Source: Seison nebaliae (Eukaryota). Taken from it: 61,577 nucleotides of DNA. Numbering within the stretch: the first letter of the stretch is position 1; every line of letters starts with the position of its first letter. Shown in pieces: positions 39,408 to 51,033 of the stretch. Both the position numbers and the translations under genes were made by a program. The stretch lies in NCBI GenBank assembly GCA_023231475.1, contig JALJEE010002960.1, positions 1-61,577 of the forward strand. Reading direction: 5' to 3'. The notes beneath the pieces are model-generated. The model saw nothing but the letters and a program-made list of their open reading frames with translations. It did no database searches and had not been told where the DNA came from.

Positions 39408-42400
39408 ATGTCTGCTGGCGCATTGCCACCACCGAAGATAATAGCTTTAAGAAGTGACGATTTAAAATCGAGGAAGTCCCATATCGATTCTAATACTTTT
39501 ATTGAAATTCGTCATGGTTAGTCAAAAACATAGTTTTTTCTTGTTAAATCTTTTCTTTTAGCTCACTTAGCTGCCAAAATTTACTTCACCACTAATGGAA
39601 GTACACCGTCATTAGAAAATTTGAAAACTTATCGACATAAAATTTCGGCAACGAACGAATATGTTGGAGCATTTCGATTGGAACCGGGAAAGCGGGTGGT
39701 TAAGGTGTTCGCTGTTGCCCCCGGAGAACGAAGAATAAGTAAAGTAATCTCGAAATATTTTTATGTTGAAGATTATTTGAATGAAAAATCTTCGAAATCG
39801 AATTCGTCCTCTAGTTCTCGTCGAACTAGTATCCGCAGTTATTCCACAGATGATGAGTTTCTCCATGACTATAAGAGTGAGAGGTTCATATTTTCGATTC
39901 GATTTATTTCTTTCATTCGTATTTCGAATTCATTCAAACGAAAACTTATCAATTTTAAAGAAATGAAATTAAAAATTTCCATAATACTAACGAATTATTA
40001 ACACCACAACCGTCCGAGAATGGGACGATCATTAACATTCAATCTCCTACTCCTATTGAATTCGTACATGATCCGAATCTATCAATAAACAGTTTCGATT
40101 CATTTTTTTCTAAGATAATCTCCATTTTCTAGCTAATAATGTCAATGAATCTCCATTACCACCAAGTAGTCTAAGTCAGATAAATTATTCGGGTACTCAA
40201 ATTAATTGTTGGGGAATAAAACCGGACTTACCTAACGGAACGTATCCGCATCCGATGGAAAACGGATTGGATGATTTAAAAGAACAGGCGAGTAGAACAT
40301 CATTTTCTAAAATGCAAAGTAATAAACATTATGGGACATATCCACGTTCAATCCTAAAACGACAATGACATTTTTTTTTGTCGAAAGAAAATTTTTGATA
40401 AATATTTTACTTTATCCTTATCGTATTGAGTTTAATAAAATCATTCTGCTTTTAATCATCTTCTAAAAAATAGAAAAGAAATATGCACAATAGAAAGGAG
40501 AAATCGATTGAATGTGATCTGAATGATATGAGAACGAAACCGCTAAACTCAATTGATTGGACGAAAACAGAATTAATGACAAAACAATCCAATGGTCAAG
40601 GTAACAACGATTCCTTTGTTAATCATTCCTTTAATTCTTAATTTCCTTCTAGGTGACTTAAAGGAACAAATTGAACATTTATGTTATCAACTCTATTTAT
40701 ATTCGTTAAGAAATCCAGCTTTTCGTCAACAATTCACCAAATCTCGATTAACAAATGTTAAAATAAATCTCCTATTAATTGTATTTCAATTATTTTATTC
40801 AGATCGTAACTGGAAAAGCAGAAAATGGTGAAAATGATGTGAAAGTTCAATTGACATTTGCAATTCCACCGGAAGATCGGAAAATCGTACCACAACGTAC
40901 CAAGACACCTGCAGAGAAACCTTATGTGAAATCACGTGAGACTTCACCAGAAGAAAAAGTTGGGAAAAGTATCTTGAAGACAAAACGATTCTTGCCACCT
41001 CAAAAAGAAATAATTAGAGATCCGAAACCAATCAAACCGAATCCAAAACATCCAGATTTGTTAATCGAAGAAGAAATTGTTAGAAATTTGTACAACAATA
41101 TTTTCCCATGAAACATTTATAGAATCGTGGAACTATGATCCCTTGTCCCAATTTCGATGTTGATAACGATTGTGAATTGTTGAGAGCAGCCACTAAAGGT
41201 ATTGGAACAGATGAAATGACAATTATTAGTATTTTAGGAAATCGATCGATGGAGCAACGATTACAAATCTGTCAAACTTATAAACAGATGTGGGGCAATG
41301 TTTGATGTTTCATTTTAATTTCATAAATAAAATTATTTACAGGATTTAAGACATCATTTAGAGAGCGATCTATCTGGTGATTTCAAAACGATTATTGTCA
41401 ATTGTTTGTTCAATCCCGTAGTCTATGATTGTCTGGAATTGAATGAAGCGATTAAAGGATTGGGTACTAACGAGAATACGTTAATAGAAATTATTTGTTC
41501 TAGAACTAATTTCCGATTGAAACAAATCAAACGAGTCTACAAAAACGGTTCTTCTTCCACCAAGTTTTTTTAGGTTAACAACTTTTGTACTAGAACACAA
41601 AAGGACAATTGAGGACGATATTAGAAATGATACGTCGAGACATTTCCGTAAATTGTTAATGTCGCTATTACAAGCAAATCGGCCAGAACCAGAATTAGAA
41701 GAGACAGAAACGGATTCGATGAGTTTCCGGAATGATAATCCGGAAGCAAATCGAAAGAAATCTGGAAAAATACCATTGGTTAAACGAATCAAATTGGACA
41801 GAGTTCTAGTAAGAAAAGATGCCGAGGCATTACATCGTGCAGGTGAATTGAAGAAAATGGGAACGGATGAAACGAGATTTAACGTCATTTTATGTTCAAA
41901 GAGGTTTCTTTCAAAATAATTTTTTTGAATTCTCATTTTCTTGAAGTTACGCTCATCTTCGAGCAGTTTTCAAAGAATATGAGAATGTGGCAAAAAAAAC
42001 GATCGAGGAATCGATTAAAGACGAAATGTCTGGAGATCTTAAGAATGGGATGCTTTCCATCAGTTAACATTCTCATAAATTCTCACTAATTCTAATATGG
42101 TCATTAAAGTTAGTTGTATAAGAAATCGACCAAAATTCTTCGCAAAACAATTGATGAAAGCAATGAAAGGAGCTGGAACTGACGAGAGAACAATTTCCCG
42201 AATTCTCTTATCTCGTTCTGAAGTCGATTTGCAACTGATTAAAAAAGAATTCCATAAATTAACAGGAAACTCTTTACAGAAATGGTTGACGGTTAATAAA
42301 TGTCAATTTTTCAATCGAATTTCAATCAAAAAAATTCTAGGAAGATATATCAGGAGATTATCTGAAATTTGCTTTGGAACTAATTAAAGAACCGAATGAA

Positions 42401-43907
42401 AGAGATTTCCACATTGTATCTACGAAAAAGAAGAAAGGTTAATTTTCTATTAATTTTTTGAGTAAATTCATTTAAATAGAATCGAAGAAAGATATTCAAT
42501 TGAATGAGAAATTAAGAGCATTGCAACCTGAAGATATCGAAGAAGATTTAGAAGAAATCGTCTATGAAGTTCTTCAATCGATTTCTGAAATTTATTTTTA
42601 AAATTTATTTTAAAATTTATTTCCGATTTGAATTTAAAGGAAACTCCATCAGTTCCATATGAAAGAGGAGAGACTCAGCGAGATTGTGAAAAGTTGTATA
42701 AAGCAATGAAAGGATTCGGAACTGATGAGAAAGCGATAATTTCAGTCATCTGTAAACGAACACCTGAACAGCGAATGAAGATCAAAGAAACATACCAACA
42801 AATGTTTGGGAAAGTTATATTGGAATTTTCTTTAGAAAAAAACTATTTTAATTTTATTTCTTTTCCAGAATTTAATAAAACATTTAGAGAGTGAAATCAG
42901 TGGTCATTTTGAAGACGTTATTGTGGGATTGTTGAGAGATCCGATCGAATATCAATGTCATTGTTTGAAGAAAGCGATGAAAGGGGCTGGAACTGACGAG
43001 GATTGTTTAACGGAAATTATTGCCGGTAGTTCGTCAAGTCAATTGGAGATGATCAAAGAAAAATATGAAGAATGTTTTCTTTACTTTCTTTCGTAAAACA
43101 TGAAAATTTGGAAATATCCTATAGTGTTCGGTAAATCGTTAGAGAAAGATGTTAAAAGTGATACATCTGGAGATTATCGTCGAGTTCTCGTTTCGTTGTT
43201 AGCGAGCAGTCGACCAAATAACACGAGAATACATCTCAAAAAATGTTTCAATGATGCGGCTGCTTTGTACAAGGCAGGACTACATCAATTAGGTACAGAT
43301 GAATCTAAATTCAACCAAATACTATGTAGCCGAAGGTTTTTTTTTGAATTTTCTTCCTTAGGTCCTATTTTATTATTTGATTAGTAATTCGGAATTACGA
43401 CAAATATTTCAAGAATATGAAAGAATTGCAAAGGAACCACTAGTCAATTCATTGAAAAAAGAGACTTCGGGTGATTTCCGATCTACATTAATTTCTATCG
43501 GTTAAACTTAAGAATATTATAAAATAAAATTATCTATTAAATTTATACTATTATATAGTTAATTGTATTCAAGATAGACAACGATATTTCGCGGAATTAT
43601 TATATAAAACTATGAAAGTTAAATAATATGTTACCTTATTTATCTGTTATTGTTTGATGAACAGGGTGTTGGAACGAAAGATCGACAGTTGGTGAGAATC
43701 TGTGTTTCTCGGTGCGATATCGATATGGTGGAAATTAAAAAAGAATTTGAAGATTGTTTCGGGAAATCAATGGGGAAAATGATTTATGTTACATATTTTT
43801 GATGTCCATCATATTTTAAACTTCTCTCATTTCAGGACGATATATCAGGCGATTACCGACGGTCCATCTTAACAATAACTGGAGAAGAACATTTGAATAA
43901 AAAATAA
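39408..43907 (+). CDS. DZANK1-like N-terminal domains fused to a double (8-repeat) annexin, about 21 exons
   Basis: [51 protein letters not shown] and [20 protein letters not shown] resemble DZANK1. Then eight annexin repeats (GIGTDE, GLGTNE, KMGTDE, GAGTDE, GFGTDE, GAGTDE, QLGTDE, GVGTKD). The frame is continuous from 40474 to the end; the junction at 40288-40473 is ambiguous. Confidence 0.8.
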
Positions 43908-44129
43908 TCTTAAAAAACACTAAAATTACGATCCTATTATTTTTATTCAAATTTTGTTCAATAATTAATTTCAAATAATAAGAATTTTTCTTGCTTTTCT
44001 CAAATAACTTATTTTCACAATAATTAGGAAGATGGTGATGAAAACATAAAACCACCAAATTTCTGATCAGTATTGTTAACGTTTGTGAGACTAGTATGAA
44101 CAAAAGGACATTTAATTAAATTGAGACAT

Positions 44130-44211
44130 GCTGCGATGGCCGAGTGGTTAAGGCGTTGGACTTGAAATCCAATGGGGTCTCCCCGCGTAGGTTCAAATCC
44201 TGCTCGCAGCG
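44130..44211 (+). tRNA. tRNA-Ser (anticodon TGA), copy 1
   Basis: 82-nt cloverleaf GCTGCGA...TCGCAGCG; anticodon arm TTGGA-CTTGAAA-TCCAA; long variable arm; T-loop TTCAAAT; T-run terminator downstream. Confidence 0.96.
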
Positions 44212-44778
44212 TGCATTAAACTTTTTACTTTTTCTTATTGTCCGATACAATGGTTAGTATACAATTGAAACACTAACGTGAATTGTAAGAATTAATAGCT
44301 TATTCAAACTTTTTTCTTACATAGAAGACAAGTTCTAACAACCTGGAAACAAAATTTAGAATTTAGAAAATTAGGATATGTTTTTAAATATATTATTGTT
44401 TCTAACAACTCTAAACCTCGTAGTGTTCTTAGATTTTTAGTTTATCACTGTTTTATCGAGATATTTAGTAAAAAAAATTTTAAACTTTTAAACTTTTTAG
44501 ATTATTTTAACGAACATTTTGGAGAATTAATATCCACATCTTGGTGAATTACGTAAGTTACAAGCAGACACGAGAACAATGTCTAAAGTAATGATTAACG
44601 AACCAATTTTACTTATTCAATTTGTGATGATACTTATCCAAACAACATTTGTCCTGTAACGAAAATACATAAAATGTGAGATAGCCTGGTTGTAAGCTTT
44701 AATTAAGTTAAAGTGATATAGTTGTCTAAATTCTTATTCGTCATTTATATAAAAGGATATTATATGAACAACAGATAA

Positions 44779-44860
44779 GCTGCGATGGCCGAGTGGTTAA
44801 GGCGTTGGACTTGAAATCCAATGGGGTCTCCCCGCGTAGGTTCAAATCCTGCTCGCAGCG
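44779..44860 (+). tRNA. tRNA-Ser (anticodon TGA), copy 2
   Basis: Identical to 44130-44211. Confidence 0.96.
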
Positions 44861-45212
44861 TGCATTAAACTTTTTACTTTTTCTTATTATTCGATTATCT
44901 TATCGATTTTTTTTTTAATATAAATAATTCTGTTAAAATTTTTCAAGACAATAAAAATTGATTTTATGATATTTGAAAATTGAAAATTTGTTGTGAAATG
45001 ACGAAATTGGAAGATAAGAAAGATAATTTTTAAAAGAAAGAAATTTAAAGAACTTGAGATAAGTTAGCTTAGACTTCAATAAAATTTCAAAACACCTGGA
45101 ACTAAATGAAAATGTCTGATATTTTTAGGAGGGAAAATAATCGGTTGATGGTTTCAAGAAAAAGTAACGGTGAAATGGATAGATATTGTGAATATTGGTG
45201 AACGGAGAAAAA

Positions 45213-46856
45213 ATGAGAATTTGTATGGCAACTGATTTCTTCTATCCGAATGTCGGAGGTGTCGAAGGTCATGTCTATAATTTAGCTCAATGTTTATTGA
45301 AACAGGAGCATTATGTGATAATTCTAACTCATGCCTACGGTGATCGAAATGGTATTAGATGGATGGCGAACCATTTGAAAGTTTATTATATGCCATTTCC
45401 GGTTCTCATTAATGGCAATACCGTTCCGACGGTTTCTCTTTCAGTATCATCATTAATCCGTCATATAATGTTGAGGGAACGGATTGACATTGTTCATGGA
45501 CATGCGACATCATCAACCATTTGTCATGATAGTGTGATGGTTGCGAAATCGTTAAATTTACCTGTCGTCGTCACTGATCATTCTCTATTCAGTTTAAATG
45601 ATTTGGCGTCGATTCTTTTAAATCAAGTTGTCGAATGGACGTTGAAAGATGCAGATGCCGTTATTTGTGTATCTCATACGAATCGTGAGAACACTTGTCT
45701 TCGGGCAAAAGTTCCACCCGAAAAAATTTCTGTTATACCAAATGCTGTCGATTCCACTCGATTCCATCCGTTATGTCGAGCAAAATTGTTAAATCGACAT
45801 CAAATTAATTTGAGTAAATTATTGAAAGTGATGAGATATGATAGAGATAATTTATCTAAAATCCAAACGGAATTTCTCGATAACAATTGTTATTGTTCAC
45901 CATCTAGGAATCGTTCGTGTCCAATTCGACAATTGAATATTGGAGAAATGAAGAAAAATAATGAATTCAATTTAGAACGTTCGACATTATTCGAAAAGAA
46001 CGTTATTATTATTGTGGCATGTCGTTTAGCATATCGGAAAGGAATTGATCTTCTCGCTCTTGTTATTCCATCGATTTTAGAATGGAGTCGCAAAATTGGA
46101 ATTCATTTACAAATCATCATTGCTGGTGATGGACCGAAACGAGAGAAATTAGAACATGTGAGGAAACAATATTTGGAGAAATTGGAATTATTAATGAATA
46201 ATAACAATGAAGATGATGACGATCATTTATCAATCGATAATTGTATTCAGTTGGTAGGATGTTTGGATGAAATGCAAATTCGAACCGTCATGCAATATGG
46301 TGACATCTTTCTTAATACGTCATTAACTGAAGCATTCTGCACGGCAATAATCGAAGCTGCAGCTTCTGGATTATGGGTGGTGAGCACTCAAGTCGGTGGA
46401 GTACCAGAAGTATTACCATCAGATAATAACGGAAAAGAAACGCAAATGATGATTTTGGCAAAGCCGACAATGAACGGAATTCTACAGCAACTTCAACTGG
46501 CAATAACGAATGTGTTGGAAGAGAAAAAATTAATTCCAAAACGTATCACCGATTCTCATCATCTGATTTCGGATGTGTATTCATGGAGGGAAATGACCAA
46601 TCGAGTCAATCAAGTTTATAGGAGAACGATCGATAAGGAGATAAAACGAAAACTGTCAATGGGAAAATGGGAAATTCTCGTTCGACGTATAGTGGCAGCT
46701 GTTCGATGTGGACCGGTTATTGGACCGATTTTTGCATTTCTCATTATTGTGAATACTCTCATCATTTTTATGGATGATCAATTTTTCGTTCCATCGAAAT
46801 ATATCGATTATGTTCCGATCGATCAATCGAAAGAGAAACGAAAAAAAGAGAACTAA
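45213..46856 (+). CDS. PIGA: Phosphatidylinositol N-acetylglucosaminyltransferase subunit A, intronless
   Basis: ICMATDFFYPNVGGVEGH, RLAYRKGIDLL, FLNTSLTEAFC..IEAA, STQVGGVPEVLP, C-terminal TM helix. Confidence 0.95.
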   Translation: MRICMATDFFYPNVGGVEGHVYNLAQCLLKQEHYVIILTHAYGDRNGIRWMANHLKVYYMPFPVLINGNTVPTVSLSVSSLIRHIMLRERIDIVHGHATSSTICHDSVMVAKSLNLPVVVTDHSLFSLNDLASILLNQVVEWTLKDADAVICVSHTNRENTCLRAKVPPEKISVIPNAVDSTRFHPLCRAKLLNRHQINLSKLLKVMRYDRDNLSKIQTEFLDNNCYCSPSRNRSCPIRQLNIGEMKKNNEFNLERSTLFEKNVIIIVACRLAYRKGIDLLALVIPSILEWSRKIGIHLQIIIAGDGPKREKLEHVRKQYLEKLELLMNNNNEDDDDHLSIDNCIQLVGCLDEMQIRTVMQYGDIFLNTSLTEAFCTAIIEAAASGLWVVSTQVGGVPEVLPSDNNGKETQMMILAKPTMNGILQQLQLAITNVLEEKKLIPKRITDSHHLISDVYSWREMTNRVNQVYRRTIDKEIKRKLSMGKWEILVRRIVAAVRCGPVIGPIFAFLIIVNTLIIFMDDQFFVPSKYIDYVPIDQSKEKRKKEN

Positions 46857-47307
46857 TGATGAGAAAAAAAATAATGTGATAATCAATGGAGAATTTATCA
46901 ATTAATAATCAATTGATCAATTTTATCTTTCTCATCAAATTCCAGAAATTTCCAATCAATGAAATGTGATACTGACGGATTTAAAAGAATTCTTTCCAAC
47001 ATTCCAAATATGAAAGTGACATTCGAGTGAAGAGAAAGATCATTTTTGTAAATTTATAAGTCTATCATTTAAAACTATACTGATGGTAACGGTGATGATG
47101 ATGATGAGTTGTAATTGGAATAAATATATCTGATAAAAATAGAGAAACTTATATTGTTGTATGGAAAATTAAAAAATATTTTACAAATACAAAATTTTAT
47201 CAATTGTATTACGGGTAACAGATGGATATGTAGTCTGATGATATTGATTACCGGTTCAGATGGAAATTAATTGTTTATGGTATAAAGAGAACATGAAGAA
47301 AAATTTT

Positions 47308-47544
47308 CTATCGAATTCCATAATATGGTTGTCCGATATTATTATTCTGATATTGTTGTTCTTTTTCCTTTTGTTGTTGCTGTGGCGATGAATAATGATT
47401 ATTATAATACTGTTGTTGTTGTTGTTGTTGTTGTTTAGGAGTATTATACTGTGGTTCTTTTTGTTTGGAAATATTATAATATTGTTGTTGATGATGATTA
47501 TGGTTATTTGAATAGTGTGGTTGTTGATTATTTGAATAATGTTC

Positions 47545-47589
<45 letters not shown>

Positions 47590-50040
47590 CAGTTGATGAG
47601 TATTATTATGTTTTTCTTTTACATTATAAATATTATAATTCTGTTGTTGTTGTTGGTTATTATAATTTTGTGGATTATTATTATTATTATTATAATGTTG
47701 TTGTTGTTGTTGAATATTAGAATAATAATGTTGTTGTTGTTGTTGAGAATAATTGTTTGAGGATGAATTATATGGAATTCTATTGATGACAGATGAATTA
47801 TAACGAGATGATTGATTCAATTTATTTTTCAATAGATTTACCTGATAATCAAGAACGTTTCTTTGGAATTGATATGAATAAAAATTATTAATATAATTCG
47901 TTTTTTCTGCTTGTTCGATTTTGATGGCAAATAATATTTTATCATATCTCTCACATTTCGCCTTCTGGTTTTCGACAACCGATTGATATGATTTATCGAA
48001 TTCGTCGAATTCTTCAACATTCCTCTCAATATTATGATCGACGTGTTGTCCCTCCATCAGATGATATGGAAGTAGATTTGATAGAACAGACGTTTCACTC
48101 TTCCCAGCGAATGAGGAAAATTGTTGATGTATCATTGGATTTATGAGATGTTTCCAATCGCCATTCGCCCACATTCGTAATTTTCCAAATTTCTCGTGAG
48201 CCATTTTCGAAATTTTTTCCAAATTTAAATGAACTTCTTTTACAAATTCATTGCGATCAGTCACTTGCAATTCGCCTCGTTCTATCAATTCGTTATTTCC
48301 ATCAAGTTCTTCGATCAAATTAGCTGAGATGATCATTCGATTTATTCGGACCATGCGAATGATTTCGTCTAAATTATATTGAGGAAATTCTCTTTGTTTT
48401 TGAGATAAATATTTTAATTTATCATAATAATAATCATCATAAAAATGAGGAAGTGACAAGAAAGTTTTGGGTGACAATAAAGATTTACATTTTATCCGAA
48501 GTGACTGATAATATTGTGCATGAATTTCTCGAATTCTTTCCATCTCCTCCACAAACACATTTCTCGGTTTCCGATAATATGGAATCATTTCGTACTCCAC
48601 TTTCTCCACCGTCTCATATTTGATACGTTTCCTTTTCCCGATTTTCCGTCGTTCTTGATATTTCACTTTTCTCTTCAACGTCTCGACAATATGTTCATTC
48701 GGTAATTTCAAATAATTATCATAAGAAATCGTCAGACGGTTTGGAATGCTGAAAAAGAAGATATCATCAACCGACGGTTGAGTTATGGTACAACGATTCG
48801 AATGTTTCGTACTGATAATTCTAAAGTTTTTATTATTTCGAGAATAATTCCCGATGTTATTTGATGTTCCGAAATTTTGATGATTTATTGATGGAATTTC
48901 TTCTTCAATTGATGATCGTCGAGGCGATTGAGTATTCTTGAAGTTTTTCGATGATTGCATATAGTATTGAGATCGATTGGAATTATCGACAATTTTCCTT
49001 CCTTTCTTATCTGTGAAATGTGTCGATGGATAAGAGGAGGAAATGTCCTCGATTAATTTGTCTAAAAGTCTCTTGTCATTCAATATCTGCCTTTTCAATT
49101 GAGTCAATTGCTCTTCCAAATTCCTCCTTTCATTCACTGAATTCTTGTTATTTTTTCGATCGATCGAATCATATAAAAGTGAATAATGTTCTTCATTCAA
49201 CTGAATTCGTTTCTTGAGAATTCCAATTTGAGAAGTCTTATCGATCGTCCGATCATCATTCATTTCATAATTCGATTTATGATCCATCGTATTATAACCG
49301 TTAATTGGCGGTCTATATTTCCTGTCAACAGGCTCCATTTTGTACTTTCCATCGTTCCCATGAGAAACATCATTATCATTAGTCGTCACTGAGTATTGAG
49401 TGAACGACGGTTTGTTCCGACCAGACGACAACGTTGTACAAACATAATTACCATTCTGATATTCCGAATTCTTCTCATTCGAATTCTTCAAAACAGTAGT
49501 AGAAATGCGAATGGAACCCGAATTTTTTGGAGTACCTTTCTGAATTAATCTTCCGTCATTATATCGAACTCTTCCCGATGTCGATGACGATGGTGACGAA
49601 TAAGAATTCGGTTCATATGTTTTATACGAAATTGTCTGATAAGAACTTGAAGTTCCATAAGAACTCGATTTTCCATATGAATTTGAATTTCCATATGAAT
49701 TTGAATTTCCATATGAATTTGTAGTTCCGTAAGAATTCGAATTTCCAGAAGAACTCGAATTTCCATAAGAACTCGAATTTCCATATGAATTTGAACTTCC
49801 AGAAGAATTATTTGATTTCTGATAATAATATCCATTATCAGACGATATATAATTATTATTATTATTATTTGTTATTATTTTCATTTTATTCCGTTGTCCA
49901 CTATTATTAGTTCCGTTAATTAACGATCGATAATTCTGAGGAGAATTGTTCTCGTAATTCATTTGATTGATCAGACGTTTATTCTCGTTGATCAATGAAC
50001 TCTTACTATTGAATCGATTCATTGTCATCCTCGAGGACAT
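47308..50040 (-). CDS. Q/N/S/Y-rich protein with a GLTSCR1-like domain (BICRA/BICRAL-like)
   Basis: Intronless ORF of about 910 aa. NP..F.S....VLSNLLPYHLMEG...EEFDEFDKSYQSVV..KAKCERYDKIL resembles the LLPYH GLTSCR1 domain. Low-complexity termini. Confidence 0.55.
47406..47745 (-). repeat. Coding CAA/AAT microsatellites (poly-Gln, poly-Asn)
   Basis: Runs of (TTG)n on the plus strand, longest about 15 units near 47542-47587, plus (TTA)n. Confidence 0.9.
49645..49800 (-). repeat. 18-bp coding tandem repeat (SYGNSN/SYGNSS, about 8 copies)
   Basis: Repeated (GAATTTCCATATGAATTT)-like units on the plus strand. Confidence 0.85.
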
Positions 50041-51033
50041 TAACTTCCTTTCCTCATTCACTTCTCTTTCATGTCAATTATTCGAATAGATCCCTCCTGA
50101 AATTTATTCCATTCATTAACCTCTTCTTATATAATGTTATATATGATAGCACATCTGATAATTTTAATCAAATTTTAATTTTTCTCTTTCTCTCGTTGTT
50201 CAATTAATTCTCTTTTCTATTTGAGAGGAATTTGAAAAAAGAAAACAAATTAAAATTAATAAACAATTACTAGTTCTTCATTAATAGTTTCCCCTTTCCC
50301 ATTTACCTTCCTTGTTTGACGTATACGTCGTCATTTTACATGTACAATTTATATCTTGGTAAATCAGAAGAATAAACGCAAATTTACAACACACACGCAC
50401 ACACACACCCAAAATTACACACAAAATTGCACACGTAGAGCACACACAAAGATAAATAAAATAAAAGAAATGATTAATTATTATTATTATTCTGTGTTGT
50501 GAATGGACGATTAGAAATCGACAACTAACTAGAGAAAAAGAGAAGGAACATATAAATTTCTAGTAATTTTTTTAATAAATAAAATGTTTCTCTTACTTAT
50601 TTGGTGTTGAATGATAGAATGTGAGTGAAGGGAAACAAAATAATGGACCACGAGTTAGTTCTATTATGTTTTTTTTACTTTTTTCCTTTCGTTTAAGAAC
50701 ACATTTGAATTGATAGGCTTCTGTTAATTCTCATTAATTTTATCTATTAATTAATTAATTTTTATCAAGGAATCATATTAATCATTTTAATTTCAACAAT
50801 CCATTTAAATGATTATCTGAATAAACTGTGGGAATTTCTTTTAAGTTTTAAGATGAATAAAATAATTTTAATTGAAACGGAAAATTTAAAATTTTTTCAA
50901 ATGCTTAAAATTAGAATTTCTTATTAATTGAAAAAATTGAAAATTTTAAAAATTTTAAGAATTCTTCAAATATTATTTCTAACAATATTATGAAAAAATT
51001 TTTTCTGAAACTTATATAAAAAAGTGAGATAGA

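Noticed and set aside
44130..44860. tRNA-Sec or UGA suppressor linked to the selenoprotein candidate
   Set aside because: The anticodon is TGA (reads UCA, Ser), not TCA, and the 82-nt 7/5 fold is an ordinary tRNA-Ser.
45112..45201. 29-codon upstream ORF or extra exon of PIGA
   Set aside because: Out of frame with PIGA, and I found no GTT-AG pair joining it in frame. Without a mapped transcription start it cannot be called a uORF.
47451..47760. Plus-strand poly-Val and poly-Leu ORFs
   Set aside because: Antisense shadows of the poly-Gln/Asn repeats in the minus-strand gene.
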